A stretch of 63,056 nt of DNA, filler included, from Stramenopiles sp. TOSAG23-2 (GCA_900128395.1; 40 parts of 40 records of this genome joined end to end with filler, not necessarily neighbours in it), one strand, 5' to 3'. Shown: positions 25,209-36,971, counted from the whole stretch's first letter. The notes: generated by a model from the letters alone, not told the origin. Translations and numbers: made by a program.

Positions 25209-25618
25209 NNNNNNNNNNNNNNNNNNNNNNNNNNNNNNNNNNNNNNNNNNNNTTAATTAATTAANNNNNNNNNNNNNNNNNNNNNNNNNNNNNNNNNNNN
25301 NNNNNNNNAAACATGTTAAGAGATTTAGGAAATGGATTTGTTTGGACATTTGATTGTGAGATCGAGAAGAAGTTAGAGATTGAGAAAGAGAGTATGACCA
25401 TATGTAAAAAGAGAGTAAGTTCGTAAAAAAGCATTTTTTTGTATATCATACGAGTTACACCATTACAAACGTATATTAAATTATATATTATTTTTATTTT
25501 TTAAATATGATACGACGGTTCGTAACACAATGCAATTATTTTTAACAAAAATCCAAAATAATACGTACGGAATAATATTAATTCGTACCCTCCGCTCGCA
25601 ATTTTTTTTTTACTTTTT

Positions 25619-26251
25619 TTACCCGAATATTCTTCTTGCGGTATTTGAAAAAGTTGATTGACGTGGTGATATGGTTTCTTGTATCATTTGTTTATTGTAA
25701 GACCTTTCCACACTTGACATTCTACCTTTTTGTGCTTGTATCGATTGTTTATATTGAGATGCTTGTTGTTTAAGTTCTTGTCCATATTGTAAATTAGCTT
25801 GTCTTCTAGCAATTTGTTGCTCTTGTTCTAAACGTAATGTATATTGCACTTGTTCCATCAAAGCATCGACTTCTTGTACATCTCGTTGTTTTTCTTTTTC
25901 TAATCGTTGTCTTTTTAAGTCTTCTTGTTCTTTTCTGGCTTTAAACATTTGAATTTCTGCCATTTTTCGCCTTGCTTCAGCTTCTTGATCCATTTGTATC
26001 AACTCTTTTTCACGTTGTTGTTGTATTTCATACGCACGCCTTTCATCCTCCTTTGCTTTTTCTGTCACGCCTTTTGCAGCTTTAATAATGGCTTCTGGTG
26101 GTTTATAACTAGTTGCCTTTAATAAATTTGCACGTCGTATTTCATCTTCCTTTTTCAATATTTGTTCCCATTCCAACATTCGTTGTTTATCCTCCTCACG
26201 GTATGTCTGTTTGCTAACATTTGCTATTTTCAATACATAATTGTGTTCCAC
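25619..26251 (-). CDS. Coiled-coil protein (E/K/Q/R-rich)
   Basis: 210-aa heptad-rich ORF; true start unresolved. Confidence 0.6.
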   Translation of the reverse strand: MEHNYVLKIANVSKQTYREEDKQRMLEWEQILKKEDEIRRANLLKATSYKPPEAIIKAAKGVTEKAKEDERRAYEIQQQREKELIQMDQEAEARRKMAEIQMFKARKEQEDLKRQRLEKEKQRDVQEVDALMEQVQYTLRLEQEQQIARRQANLQYGQELKQQASQYKQSIQAQKGRMSSVERSYNKQMIQETISPRQSTFSNTARRIFG

Positions 26252-26767
26252 GATCTAATGCACGATTCCGTAACAATTGTTGTCGTTTCGTGATTTGATC
26301 AGTTAACGTTGCTGGATCCATGATGGGGTACGATGTTTACTAAATACTGTTGTTTTCTTTTTCTGTTTTAATTCCGTAATATACATTACAAGAAATGCAG
26401 TGTGCAAAATGTGTTTTAAATGTTATATATATTTCTATTTTTGATTGATGATCGTTACATAGATAATGCAATGCTATTTGCTTCTGTTTTTATGTACGTG
26501 ATATATACCTGCTAGTATAGTATTATTATTCTAGAATTATGATATCAAAATAGTGCTGGCATACGGCGCGGTTTTTCACAAACGGCGGCGCCGGCGGATT
26601 TAAAATAACAAACGGCGGCACAAACGGGCATTTAAGGTTGTAATGCTATTTCATACTATGATATTTCNNNNNNNNNNNNNNNNNNNNNNNNNNNNNNNNN
26701 NNNNNNNNNNNTTAATTAATTAANNNNNNNNNNNNNNNNNNNNNNNNNNNNNNNNNNNNNNNNNNNN

Positions 26768-27701
26768 GATCTTTCACGAAATATACCATGTCCATTATAT
26801 GGTCTTCAAATAGAAAATGTGGTAGAAGGAAGTACTATTGTTAATTTTTTAGTGCTTGATTCTGACGGGGTAAAAGAAATGGATTTCTTCGATAAAGCTA
26901 CGCAGCTTAAAATAAGAATGGTGGATGATAAATCAGAATACAAAGCTGATTTGGAATTCAAAGCAGAAGCTTTGATCAGGACGCAGAAAATGCAATGGGC
27001 TAATTTGGAGCATTTTTACGGTTACCCGATACAAGCAATAGGACGTTTAGCAACATCGAAGAAAGCACTAAGACTGCGTGGAACTGAAATTGTAGAATCA
27101 GAAGATGAAGATTTTGGAGAAGATGAAGAGGATGGAGAATTGAGCCCAGGCAGCAAGAAAAAGAAAAAGAAAGAGGAAATTGTTGGAAGTGCTGCTATTA
27201 TTATTTCTGGTCAAATCAGTTCGGAGGAAGAACCTAGTGACGATTCATTGGCAGATGATGAAGAGTGGGGTTATGGATTGAAAGGGCAACCGGATGAAAG
27301 GACTTTATCACCTTTCTCAGAAGATGAAGAGAGAAATGCTAATATGTTATTAGACCAAGAAACGCCAGAAATCAAAACCATGTTCAAATCATACAAAGGT
27401 AGTCATGGAAAGGTCAATACATTGTTACAATATCCTGAGCATATTCGTGAAATGATGGCATCGATACAACTTTCAACTTCCCCAATGCGACAAAAACAAT
27501 GTCGTCGTCCATATTGTAGACCCAGGCATACGAATACACCGTGTTCGTCCATGTGTAGAAGGTGAAGAACCGACACCAGGTTTTGATGGTGTCAATGAAG
27601 AGTTATGGACATGTTGTGGACAACCATATATCGATTTCCACAAGGTAAAAATGCAAGGTTCACTTGGGTTACCATGTAAAAAATGTCCACATTGGGGTTG
27701 A
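26768..27701 (+). CDS. 3' part of a hypothetical protein; C-terminal Cys/His finger reached through a frameshift near 27520
   Basis: Track ORF ends at 27565. The alternative frame reads PGIRIHRVRPC...WTCCGQPY...PCKKCPHWG* (TGA 27699-27701), completing a C..(H)PG...W.CC...C...H motif. Confidence 0.5.
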
Positions 27702-27765
27702 GTAAATCTGTGATTTTTCGTATCATATCATAATATTTTACACTTAATTAGAATACCAAAAATTC

Positions 27766-28125
27766 TCATCTGATGATATTTAACAATTCAATTGCATGAT
27801 CTGCTTGTTCTTTTGTTATGCCAATACTTTTATCACATCGTATAAAATTCTTTTCATTAAATATATTATTATCCCATCCTTTTAATTCTGCATCGTCGAA
27901 ACAAATATAACTTTCAATTTCATTATGATGGTCTTTTAAATATTTACATATTTCTTTTGCTCTGTTTTGTGTACCTATACCAAGTATTGTAGTTTTTCCA
28001 ACAATAATATTATCTCCTCCAATTTTATATAAATTTAATTGGTATTTTACCGCATTCGTTCCATAATCTGTTTCTCGCCAAGTACTACTTAAAACAACAC
28101 ATGCACTTGTCTTATCAACAATTCT
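27766..28125 (-). CDS. HAD_SAK_2-like (Swiss-Army-Knife RNA-repair HAD) protein, 3' part, not in the ORF track
   Basis: My translation: RIVDKTSACVVLSSTWR...VGKT...NRAKEICKYL...YICFDD...FIRCDKSIGITKEQADHAIELLNIIR*. The SSTWR, R..EI, DD and G(I/L)T motifs are characteristic. Confidence 0.8.
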   Translation of the reverse strand, partial: RIVDKTSACVVLSSTWRETDYGTNAVKYQLNLYKIGGDNIIVGKTTILGIGTQNRAKEICKYLKDHHNEIESYICFDDAELKGWDNNIFNEKNFIRCDKSIGITKEQADHAIELLNIIR

Positions 28126-28226
28126 ANNNNNNNNNNNNNNNNNNNNNNNNNNNNNNNNNNNNNNNNNNNNTTAATTAATTAANNNNNNNNNNNNNNNNNN
28201 NNNNNNNNNNNNNNNNNNNNNNNNNN

Positions 28227-29585
28227 GAATTTACAAATAAAGAGGATGGTACAATATATTACATCAATCGTGCAACTGGTAAGACAACCCATAAAAGACC
28301 AGCAAATAAAAAAATAGTTAAAGCAAATAGTGATGAACAAGTTCATTATCGCCCAGAAGACTATGAAAAAGATGAAGTAAACATTGATGATAATGTCAAC
28401 ACGACCACTAGTAATATTAATGACAATGATGAATCGGGGGAAACCTTGATAGATAATCATAGCAATCATTTATCTGAAAGCTTCATATCGAAAAATGCTT
28501 ATGGTGATATTATTTCTTCACCAATTGAAGCAGTCATACCTTGGCATATAAAAAAGATTGCAAACGAACCTTGCAAAGTTATGTGTTGCACTATGGGTTG
28601 TTCATGCTTCATGGTTTTCCTATTGTTAATATTAATGGCTACAGGCCTCATTGAATTTGAATTAGATACCGACCCTAATTCATTTAATGTAAAATTTGAT
28701 GACTTAGCAGATAGATATGATGCACAACGTGCAATTAGGGAAAAAACACGTCCAAGTGGTCCCGCAGATTTTGACTTTGAAATGGAGGAACAGTTGGCGT
28801 CGGAGAAAAAAAAAGAAAATGAAACATACATTTTGATGGATGATGATGTCTTCGCTTTTTATTACGAGGTGAAAAATGGAAAAGATCATATACCGGATGG
28901 TGGTGCCGGTGGTAATATTTTTGACGAAGAAAATTTAAAGGAAATTATTGAATTTGAAAATAAGTTATTAAAAATGACGAAATATCGGGGTGCAACTTCT
29001 TCTTCCGAAGATGCCACAGTTGCACCAGATTTCTGTGCTCGAATTGATGATTTATATTCAAAAGATTGTAAGGGATATCTATTATCACCTCGAATGTTTG
29101 CATATAGCACATCAATATCGATGAAAGAATTGAATTTACCATTCCAAAGCTGCTGTGAATGCAGCGGAAATGTTTCTGATGATAAAGTTGCCCCTTGCGC
29201 ACCGAAAACGTTAATTCCTATTTGCATGTACAATAGTTCAAATGCTCCTCATGTAATTAATACATACAATTATGGTGATGGGAATAGTTGGGTCGATGGC
29301 ACTTGGAACGGTGGCAGTTTTACGAAAAATAATTTAAATGGTGTACTTACTTCTTTAGCTGATACATTGTCATGTAAAGAAGATGAAAGGCATCCAGGTG
29401 CTACTTTGTTAAATTTTTTTTTTGAAAAGAAATATTCTAAAAGTAATCCGACAACATCTTGTTCTAGAAGTGTATTGCCATTACAATATTGGATGAAGAA
29501 AAAAGTTCATGATGATTTCTACAATAGTTTAAGTCCAAACTTATCGCAGAAGAAATTTCAAGAATTAGAAGAAGAGTTTTGGAGT
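28227..29585 (+). CDS. Dispatched/Patched-like RND protein N-terminal part, preceded by a WW-like domain
   Basis: Frame is open from the contig start: EFTNKEDGTIYYINRATGKTTHKRP (WW-like), then TM1 and a luminal loop with NIFDEENLKEIIEFENKL...FC. Confidence 0.6.
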
Positions 29586-29687
29586 NNNNNNNNNNNNNNN
29601 NNNNNNNNNNNNNNNNNNNNNNNNNNNNNTTAATTAATTAANNNNNNNNNNNNNNNNNNNNNNNNNNNNNNNNNNNNNNNNNNNNAA

Positions 29688-30764
29688 TTTGTACAGCCAA
29701 ATGGTGAGATATATGCGGGAAATTGGTTCATGGGTAGGCGGGATGGTTATGGAAAGGCTATTTTTTCAAACGGCGATGTGTATGTTGGACAATGGGAACG
29801 TGATAGAGTACTCGGAAAAGGAGTTATGTTTTACAAAGGCTCCGGTAACTTATACGATGGAATGTGGAATAATGGTATGAGAAATGGTTTGGGGATTCTA
29901 AAATTGAAAAATGGCGGTATTTTTAAAGGTTTTTTTAAAGATGGCAGTATTCATGGCCGTGGCATTTTTAATTATGGAAATGGCGATCAGTATAAGGGTC
30001 AATTTGATCGTGGACATAAGGATGGCAAGGGTATATTTAGCTGGGCAAATGGAAATAAATATAATGGTTTTTTTAAAGATGATAAGCTAGACGGGCAAGG
30101 CGAAATGAATTATGCCGTGGGACATCGCTATATTGGAGAATGGAAAAATGGAAAAAAAGATGGCTTTGGCAAATTGTATTACAATGATGGGAATCTGTAT
30201 ATTGGTTGCTGGGATTCGGATCAAAGGCATGGTAAAGGAAAATTTATATGGAACAGAATGCTAAAATCACAAATGGAATTTTATGATGGGGAATGGGTTA
30301 ACGATCGCAAAGAAGGATTTGGTTTGTACAAATATAAGAATGGGTCTACATATGAGGGAAAGTGGGTAAATGGTGTACGCGAGGGGACTGGTATATTTCA
30401 ATACCCTGATGGTAGTTACTATAATGGTAACTTCGTTAATGATAAGCGAAATGGCAACGGGAAATATGTCGCACAAGATGGTACAAATTATACAGGAGAT
30501 TGGAACAATGGTGTAATGGAAGGTAATGGCTGTTTCATCAAAGCTAATGGTGACAAATATGAAGGCGAATTTCTAAGTGGGAAAAAGCATGGTGATGGGG
30601 TTATTACATATGCTGATGGCAATATTTATATTGGGCAATGGCGCGAAGGCAGGAGATATGGGCATGGACAATATTTATATCAAGCTAGAGAAAAGGATTT
30701 AAACAACGAGGAAGCTGATTTTGGTACAAATGGTATCTTGAGAATGAATGTGTATGGTTATTAA
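29688..30764 (+). CDS. MORN-repeat protein, 3' part
   Basis: More than a dozen Y.G.W..G.R.G.G repeats. Confidence 0.93.
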   Translation, partial: FVQPNGEIYAGNWFMGRRDGYGKAIFSNGDVYVGQWERDRVLGKGVMFYKGSGNLYDGMWNNGMRNGLGILKLKNGGIFKGFFKDGSIHGRGIFNYGNGDQYKGQFDRGHKDGKGIFSWANGNKYNGFFKDDKLDGQGEMNYAVGHRYIGEWKNGKKDGFGKLYYNDGNLYIGCWDSDQRHGKGKFIWNRMLKSQMEFYDGEWVNDRKEGFGLYKYKNGSTYEGKWVNGVREGTGIFQYPDGSYYNGNFVNDKRNGNGKYVAQDGTNYTGDWNNGVMEGNGCFIKANGDKYEGEFLSGKKHGDGVITYADGNIYIGQWREGRRYGHGQYLYQAREKDLNNEEADFGTNGILRMNVYGY

Positions 30765-30986
30765 TTACGAAGGTCGTATCATACGACGTATGATTAATTA
30801 AGATACATATATATGATTATGGATAAAAATGCCACGTATATAATAATGTCTTTCTAGGGGGACTTCCAAGGGACAAATAAAATTGTACGAGTATTACATA
30901 CTCTAATAAGTACAAAATTACACATAGTCTTTATAATATTTAGACATGTTTATATAAAAAGTTAAATATGATAATGGTTATAATTT

Positions 30987-31043
30987 GATGGTTAAAATCT
31001 AAGTTATAATAATTTTACACTTCTCGTGTTAAGTAATATGCTC
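30987..31043 (+). mobile_element. GATGGTTAAA-family MITE copy cut by the contig end
   Basis: Near-exact reverse complement of about 45450-45508. Confidence 0.8.
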
Positions 31044-31143
31044 NNNNNNNNNNNNNNNNNNNNNNNNNNNNNNNNNNNNNNNNNNNNTTAATTAATTAAN
31101 NNNNNNNNNNNNNNNNNNNNNNNNNNNNNNNNNNNNNNNNNNN

Positions 31144-32500
31144 ACCAACGTTGCTGGTCATGTAGACGAAAATGCATACGTAGATATGACTCTTAATTCA
31201 AAGTTCGATGAATGTGGTACAGTTTCATCATGGACATTAGTAGGATCCTCTACAGGACAAGCAACGCTTGCAGTATGGAGAAGAATATCAAAAACACAAT
31301 TTAAATTAGTAGGTTCCAATGTAGTAAATATAATAGCGGGTGAACAGACTATTTCTATTGCAAAAGAAAATAGAATTCATGTTGAAGCAGGAGATTGCAT
31401 TGGTGCTTTGAATAGTAATTGTCTTGGAAACAAGCGATCAATTGACAATCTTGCATATCAAACAACTGTTAATGATTGTAAACGTCTTCAGTTAGAAATG
31501 GAGGGACTTGTACGGTTTAATCCAAAATTATGTAAAATTGGATATGCTGTTGTTGCTCATTTTGTCTCAGAAGATGAAGATGAGGATAATTATGAAAATG
31601 AGACTATTTCATACAATGTTGCTGAACAAAATAAAAAAAATGCATTTTTATCAAGCCTTGTTGTAGGTTCCATATCACCGCATAATTTCAGCATGTATGC
31701 AAATGGGGATTACGTTTCATTCATATTGAAACACCATGATAATCGTTTGTATTCATTAGGTGATAACATAAGTAATAATAACATCAATAAAGAATTACGA
31801 ATTATGAGTAGCAAAGAGCAAAGTGAAAAGATGTCTACCAGGTGTCGAAGTTTCTCCATTAGAACGGGTCGTATTGAGTCTGATATATTAGCTTTCAAGG
31901 CGTTTGAAAATTGTATTGGGACATGTTACGATTACGTCAACGGGTGCTTATGGGCTGTTGATTTAGAAAATAATGTTATTAATAAATTTGTTGCTTCAAA
32001 AATTGCACCTTCTTGGACCTTGAGCATTGTGAATGACGGAGTAAAAGACAATTTGAATAGTTCCTTATTATCATCCCTTGCTAGTGATAGTAGAAGGCTT
32101 GCAACGAATTCATTTTTGACGCAATCAGATATTACTTTAAATACCTTATCGGATTACTTGTTGTCGGAAACAGCAAGAATTGCATTGACAATGTCGCCAA
32201 TTAATCCACACGTAAAGAATTTTGATTTAGCATCGAATCAATTGGACAAAGATAATAATGACAATTCCAAAGGCAAAACGGAACAAGTGGATCCGAAGAA
32301 AGAAAGCTATTTACGTCCAGGTATGCCCGTCAGTGCACGCTATGGACCAGGTTGGTTCAGTGGTGAGATAAGTCGCAGGAACGAGGATGGAACATATGTA
32401 GTATTATACGCAGATGGAGATATACGAACAGCTGTTCCAGCTGATAATATCAAAATTTTGCTGGCAGATGGTACAGAGGTTTTGGCAACAAAGATAAAGG
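31144..32500 (+). CDS. Internal fragment of a large protein with a Tudor/Agenet-like domain
   Basis: PGMPVSARYGPGWFSGEISRRNEDGTYVVLYADGD; ORF fills the contig. Confidence 0.65.
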
Positions 32501-32888
32501 NNNNNNNNNNNNNNNNNNNNNNNNNNNNNNNNNNNNNNNNNNNNTTAATTAATTAANNNNNNNNNNNNNNNNNNNNNNNNNNNNNNNNNNNNNNNNNNNN
32601 GATGGGGGGAACGGTGGGTTCATATACTTAGTACTATTATCTATACATCTGTATTTATTTTGATATGTCTTGTATCCACTTTGCTAGTTAGAGATCATAA
32701 AATATATATATTTATCTATTCGTATTCGATCAACAACACTTCTTCTTTTGTTGCTGCTGGCTGCACTGCTGCTGATGCACAACTTCTAGAAGAAAATAGC
32801 AAAAAAAATATAATACTAAATTTCTTCTCAAGTATAAATTATGTGTCATTTGCTAGGCGCCTTTGTCATTTTCACATCACCTAAACTT

Positions 32889-33055
32889 GGATCAAATCAA
32901 AAGGTGTCATAATTGTTTAAAAATATTATAAGTACGAATGTTGTATACTAATTATTCCTATTTGACCAAAAATCACATTGGTAGGAATATTAGTATACGA
33001 AAGTCATACTTATAATATTTTTAAAAAAGTATGACACCTTTTTGATTTTTTATCC
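32889..33055. repeat. Imperfect foldback with ~72-bp arms and a ~21-nt loop (MITE-like)
   Basis: GGATCAAATCAAAAGGTGTCATA...TATACTAATTATTCCTA pairs with TAGGAATATTAGTATACG...TATGACACCTTTTTGATTTTTTATCC. Confidence 0.85.
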
Positions 33056-33071
33056 TTGCGTAAAATGTTAA

Positions 33072-33755
33072 CCTTCTCGTCGGGGGACTTTTTGGATGGA
33101 AGTGGCCAAAAACAGCCACTTCAATTTCCGACATTTTTCGTATGATATTTTACAAACTACCTGCTATTCCCATTATATAAATCCATCTGGAAAACATAAA
33201 TATATTTTAGTTTCGGCAAGGAAAATAGACACTTTTGATAGGGGCGATTTTGTGTAGTCTAATCAATTTACACAAATTATAAAGAAAATACTCATCTTCA
33301 AGTGTATTCTACTACAAAAAATCGTTAAGGATGGGATAAAACCATGCAATAAACCTAAAGATGACTAAAAAGGATTTTCAATAAGATAAATACAGAGCGC
33401 TTAAAGTGGAAGTGGCCAAAAACAGCCACTTCTAATTTGATCAAACAGTATATGTGTGTGGAAATGTATGCATTGTTTTCTGGTCGTTTTTCTGTGAACG
33501 ATATCTACAAGTACGGCCGGGGGATTATTGCTTACATGAAAATAACATGAACAACTACTCAACCTTATACTAAACTTTGGCTACATATAGGCGATTAAAA
33601 ATCGGAAATATTTAATTTAATGTGTTATATTTTTTAATAAATTTTATCAATGCTATTCCATACTGCTTTATTAGAATGGAAATAGCATCAAAAATTCCAT
33701 TTTTTTAAGCAAGTGGCCAAAAACAGCCACTTCTAAAAGTCCCCCGACGAGAAGG
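33072..33755. mobile_element. Non-autonomous piggyBac-type DNA transposon, 684 bp
   Basis: TTAA at 33068-33071 and 33756-33759; perfect 21-bp TIRs CCTTCTCGTCGGGGGACTTTT / AAAAGTCCCCCGACGAGAAGG; three internal (G)AAGTGGCCAAAAACAGCCACTTC stem-loops; no ORF. Confidence 0.9.
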
Positions 33756-34465
33756 TTAAGAAGTGTAGAAGTGTTTAAAAGTGTTTAAGTTGGTATGATA
33801 GACTTAGTCACTTTAACTTAGTCTAGGTCCTATAGACTTTTCAGTAGTATATACAATATCCTTGTAAATGAGCAGGATTGTTAGTGGATTTCAAAACGGT
33901 GCTTAATGTTGTAAGTACTACTTCCACGACATTATTGATAGGAAATGAAAGTAGTATNNNNNNNNNNNNNNNNNNNNNNNNNNNNNNNNNNNNNNNNNNN
34001 NTTAATTAATTAANNNNNNNNNNNNNNNNNNNNNNNNNNNNNNNNNNNNNNNNNNNNACTGATTTAAACTGATTTAAACTACTGTACCAGTATTTTAAAA
34101 TAACATATAGTCATAGCAATAATAATAACAATAAATACGGCAACAGTAGTAGTAGTAGTAGTAGTAGTAGTGGACTTTCCGATTATCGCGGAAGGACACC
34201 ACCATCAGATAATAATCAATATAAATCATCATCTTCATATACGTCTACCTCATCATATTCAAAGTCATATACCAGTTCCAGGGGTGTAAATAGTCTTGGT
34301 GTATATAATAATAACGACAAGCAAGTCTCTTACAAGGAAAATACCCCGCCGCCAACACCACCTGGTATTGGGGATGGTTTTGATAGCCCAACACCACGCG
34401 GATACAAAGGCCATGCAAATAGTTTTGATAATGATTCTACAACGGATCTAGATGATTTATTAGGA

Positions 34466-34969
34466 ATGACAGAACAACTATCAACTAATGATAATACTAA
34501 TAGTAAGAAATCAAACAACAAATATACCAGTCAACGAGGTGTTGCAAAACGTCGTTTTCATGGTGGCCCAATACCAGAAAATACGTTAAGAAGACGTGAT
34601 CACGAAAAACAAAATAGCCGTAAACAAAGTAGTAGTGGGGATAGTGTTGTATTGCTTGGTGGCACAAATTGCGTACTTGGTGATGAACCATCTAAATTTC
34701 GACGTGTTGTTAATGATCATTTATTATGTTTAAAATGTATGTGTGAAGTGGTTAGATTTGAAAATGTGGCATGGTCAAGAGATGCTGATTATATCTTTTT
34801 TCGTAATTTTTGGCCAGATGCTGATCGTTTATGTGAAAAAATGAAGCCTAAAGAAGGTTTTGCTGCATATTGTTGTCAATGCGCTTGGGCAAATGCAGAG
34901 GAGGTAAAACCTATTGATAATTTTTCTTGTGCCAATGGAAATTTAAAATGGAAAACACCTATTTACTAA
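34466..34969 (+). CDS. CFAP418: CFAP418/C8orf37 ciliary protein (frame is open further upstream)
   Basis: CLKCMCEVVRF...WSRDADYIFFRNFWPD..L...G.AAYCCQCAW; DLDDLL lies just upstream in frame. Confidence 0.82.
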   Translation: MTEQLSTNDNTNSKKSNNKYTSQRGVAKRRFHGGPIPENTLRRRDHEKQNSRKQSSSGDSVVLLGGTNCVLGDEPSKFRRVVNDHLLCLKCMCEVVRFENVAWSRDADYIFFRNFWPDADRLCEKMKPKEGFAAYCCQCAWANAEEVKPIDNFSCANGNLKWKTPIY

Positions 34970-35514
34970 AAGAAAAAATATTTAAAAAATAATATATAAA
35001 AATAAAAATGATCAAAATATTTTAATGCATAATAAAATGGTACGACGTATCAGGAAGTTATCAAATATACGTATCATATACCTTATTAAAATAAAAAAAG
35101 TGTGTACACACTCGCAACAGTATATTAATGCAGCATACGAGTATTTAATTAAATCTAGACTTAAATACTATTACGAAAGAGATTTTTTTTAATACAAAGA
35201 GAAAACAAACCACACATCATGACAGCACTTTTCTGGTGCGGGGCGTGGTTCTGTACTCCTCCTCCTGTATTTCTTTTTTTTTAACTCTCTTCCTCATCTC
35301 CTTCTACAATTGCATCTCCAATTGTACTTAATGAACCTTTAGCTTTACTTCTTGAATTTGATCCATCTCCAAATTCATTTGCCTCTGAATGGGCATTACT
35401 TCGTTTCTTTATATNNNNNNNNNNNNNNNNNNNNNNNNNNNNNNNNNNNNNNNNNNNNTTAATTAATTAANNNNNNNNNNNNNNNNNNNNNNNNNNNNNN
35501 NNNNNNNNNNNNNN

Positions 35515-35793
35515 CACGAACAAGCCGCACCCACACCTGTCCAACCACCCGTTCGACCACCTGCGATAGTATTGCCTCCTGGTGTCTTGCAACCCAACCC
35601 CAACCTGAATTCACCCGTTATACCTCCGTGGATCTCAGCACCTACACCAGCACCAGCACCTACACCAGCACCTACACCACCTACATCAGTACCAATTCAA
35701 TCTGGTATTGATTTAAAAACTATTCATATTTCCTTTGATTTGAACGTTGATCAATCTGAAATATCTAATGGAGTGCTAAAGTTTACAAACTGA
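35515..35793 (+). CDS. 3' end of a Pro-rich protein on the viral contig
   Basis: PAPTPAP repeats; stop overlaps the convergent small gene (dense, virus-like packing). Confidence 0.5.
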   Translation, partial: HEQAAPTPVQPPVRPPAIVLPPGVLQPNPNLNSPVIPPWISAPTPAPAPTPAPTPPTSVPIQSGIDLKTIHISFDLNVDQSEISNGVLKFTN

Positions 35794-35965
35794 ATCTATC
35801 TATGAAATGTTTACCTTTTGACATTCTTTTACTTGGTTTCTTTTTTCTAAATTCAAAGGTCTTGTCATTGAGTGTCTTGACTGTCCATCCGGAATGAATT
35901 GCTAAAAGAATGAAAATGTACTTTACAACATTATCTTTTATACTCTCAACTACACAGTTGTCCAT
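35783..35965 (-). CDS. Small NCLDV-type hypothetical protein
   Basis: KYIFILLAIHSGWTVKTLNDKTFEFRKK resembles the K..FI..A...GWTVK...F.KK proteins of Imitervirales, from recall; ATG at 35965. Confidence 0.6.
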   Translation of the reverse strand: MDNCVVESIKDNVVKYIFILLAIHSGWTVKTLNDKTFEFRKKKPSKRMSKGKHFIDRFSL

Positions 35966-36038
35966 ATAGTAAATTACTATAATATAATAATTTACTTTAC
36001 GCAAAAATTCATTTAAAAAAAAATGTACTTATGGTATA

Positions 36039-36871
36039 ATGAGAACAAAGAGAACAACTACAGAAAAACCAAATAAAAATATAAAAACAAAGAATATTCA
36101 TTCAGCTCTAGACCGCCATTACCAAAAACATTTGGAGGAACTAGTCAATGAACAAGGTAGCGTCAACAAGAAGAAGCAACAACTCAAGAAAAAGAAAATC
36201 GAACACAGTACTACAAATAATCGTCAAATCAAGAATAGTATTGAAAACGACATCAAAGAACTTGAAAAGGATATCACTAGCATAGAATCCGGTGACCGTA
36301 TTAACGATTACGTAATGAACGTAATAGGTATAGTTACAGAATACACAGAGATAAACTTGCAAATCAAAACTGCCTCTGAATCAGAATTAAATACACTTAT
36401 AGATCGTAAAGGCTCTCTAGTACAAGAATATCTCGAAAAAATGAATCTCAACACCAGTAGTACCTTTGATGAAACTACTATGATATGTAAGAATTGTCAT
36501 CAAGACGCATTTGATACCATGGAAGGATTTGTCATTTGTACGAATTGTGGTACCACCAAAGTAACCATCGAAACACATTCAAAAATATCCTTCAAAGAAG
36601 CTCAAGAATGCAACTATAAACCAATATTTACATATCAAAAAAGTTCACACTTTCACGACCATATGAGAGCAATTCAAGGTAAAGAAACTCACGATATCCC
36701 ACAAGAAATCATTGACAAAGTATTAAACGAAATAAACAAACTTCGTGTAACAGAAACAAAAGAACTTACATATACATATATGAGAAATATACTCAAAAAA
36801 CTTAATGAACCAAAATATTACAGATCTATCCCCAGAATCATTTACAAAATATCAGGTATGCAACCATTGTA
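36039..36871 (+). CDS. Viral late transcription factor 3 (VLTF3, poxvirus A2-like), 3' truncated
   Basis: CKNC...GFVICTNCG zinc ribbon, FTYQKSSHF...IQGKETHDIP, and RNILKKLNEPKYYRSIPRIIYKISG. Confidence 0.9.
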
Positions 36872-36971
36872 NNNNNNNNNNNNNNNNNNNNNNNNNNNNN
36901 NNNNNNNNNNNNNNNTTAATTAATTAANNNNNNNNNNNNNNNNNNNNNNNNNNNNNNNNNNNNNNNNNNNN

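Noticed and set aside
33099-33733. Three palindromic 24-bp repeats as a CRISPR-like array
   Set aside because: Spacing is about 300 bp, there are no cas genes, and they are enclosed by TTAA-flanked TIRs; explained as transposon internal repeats.
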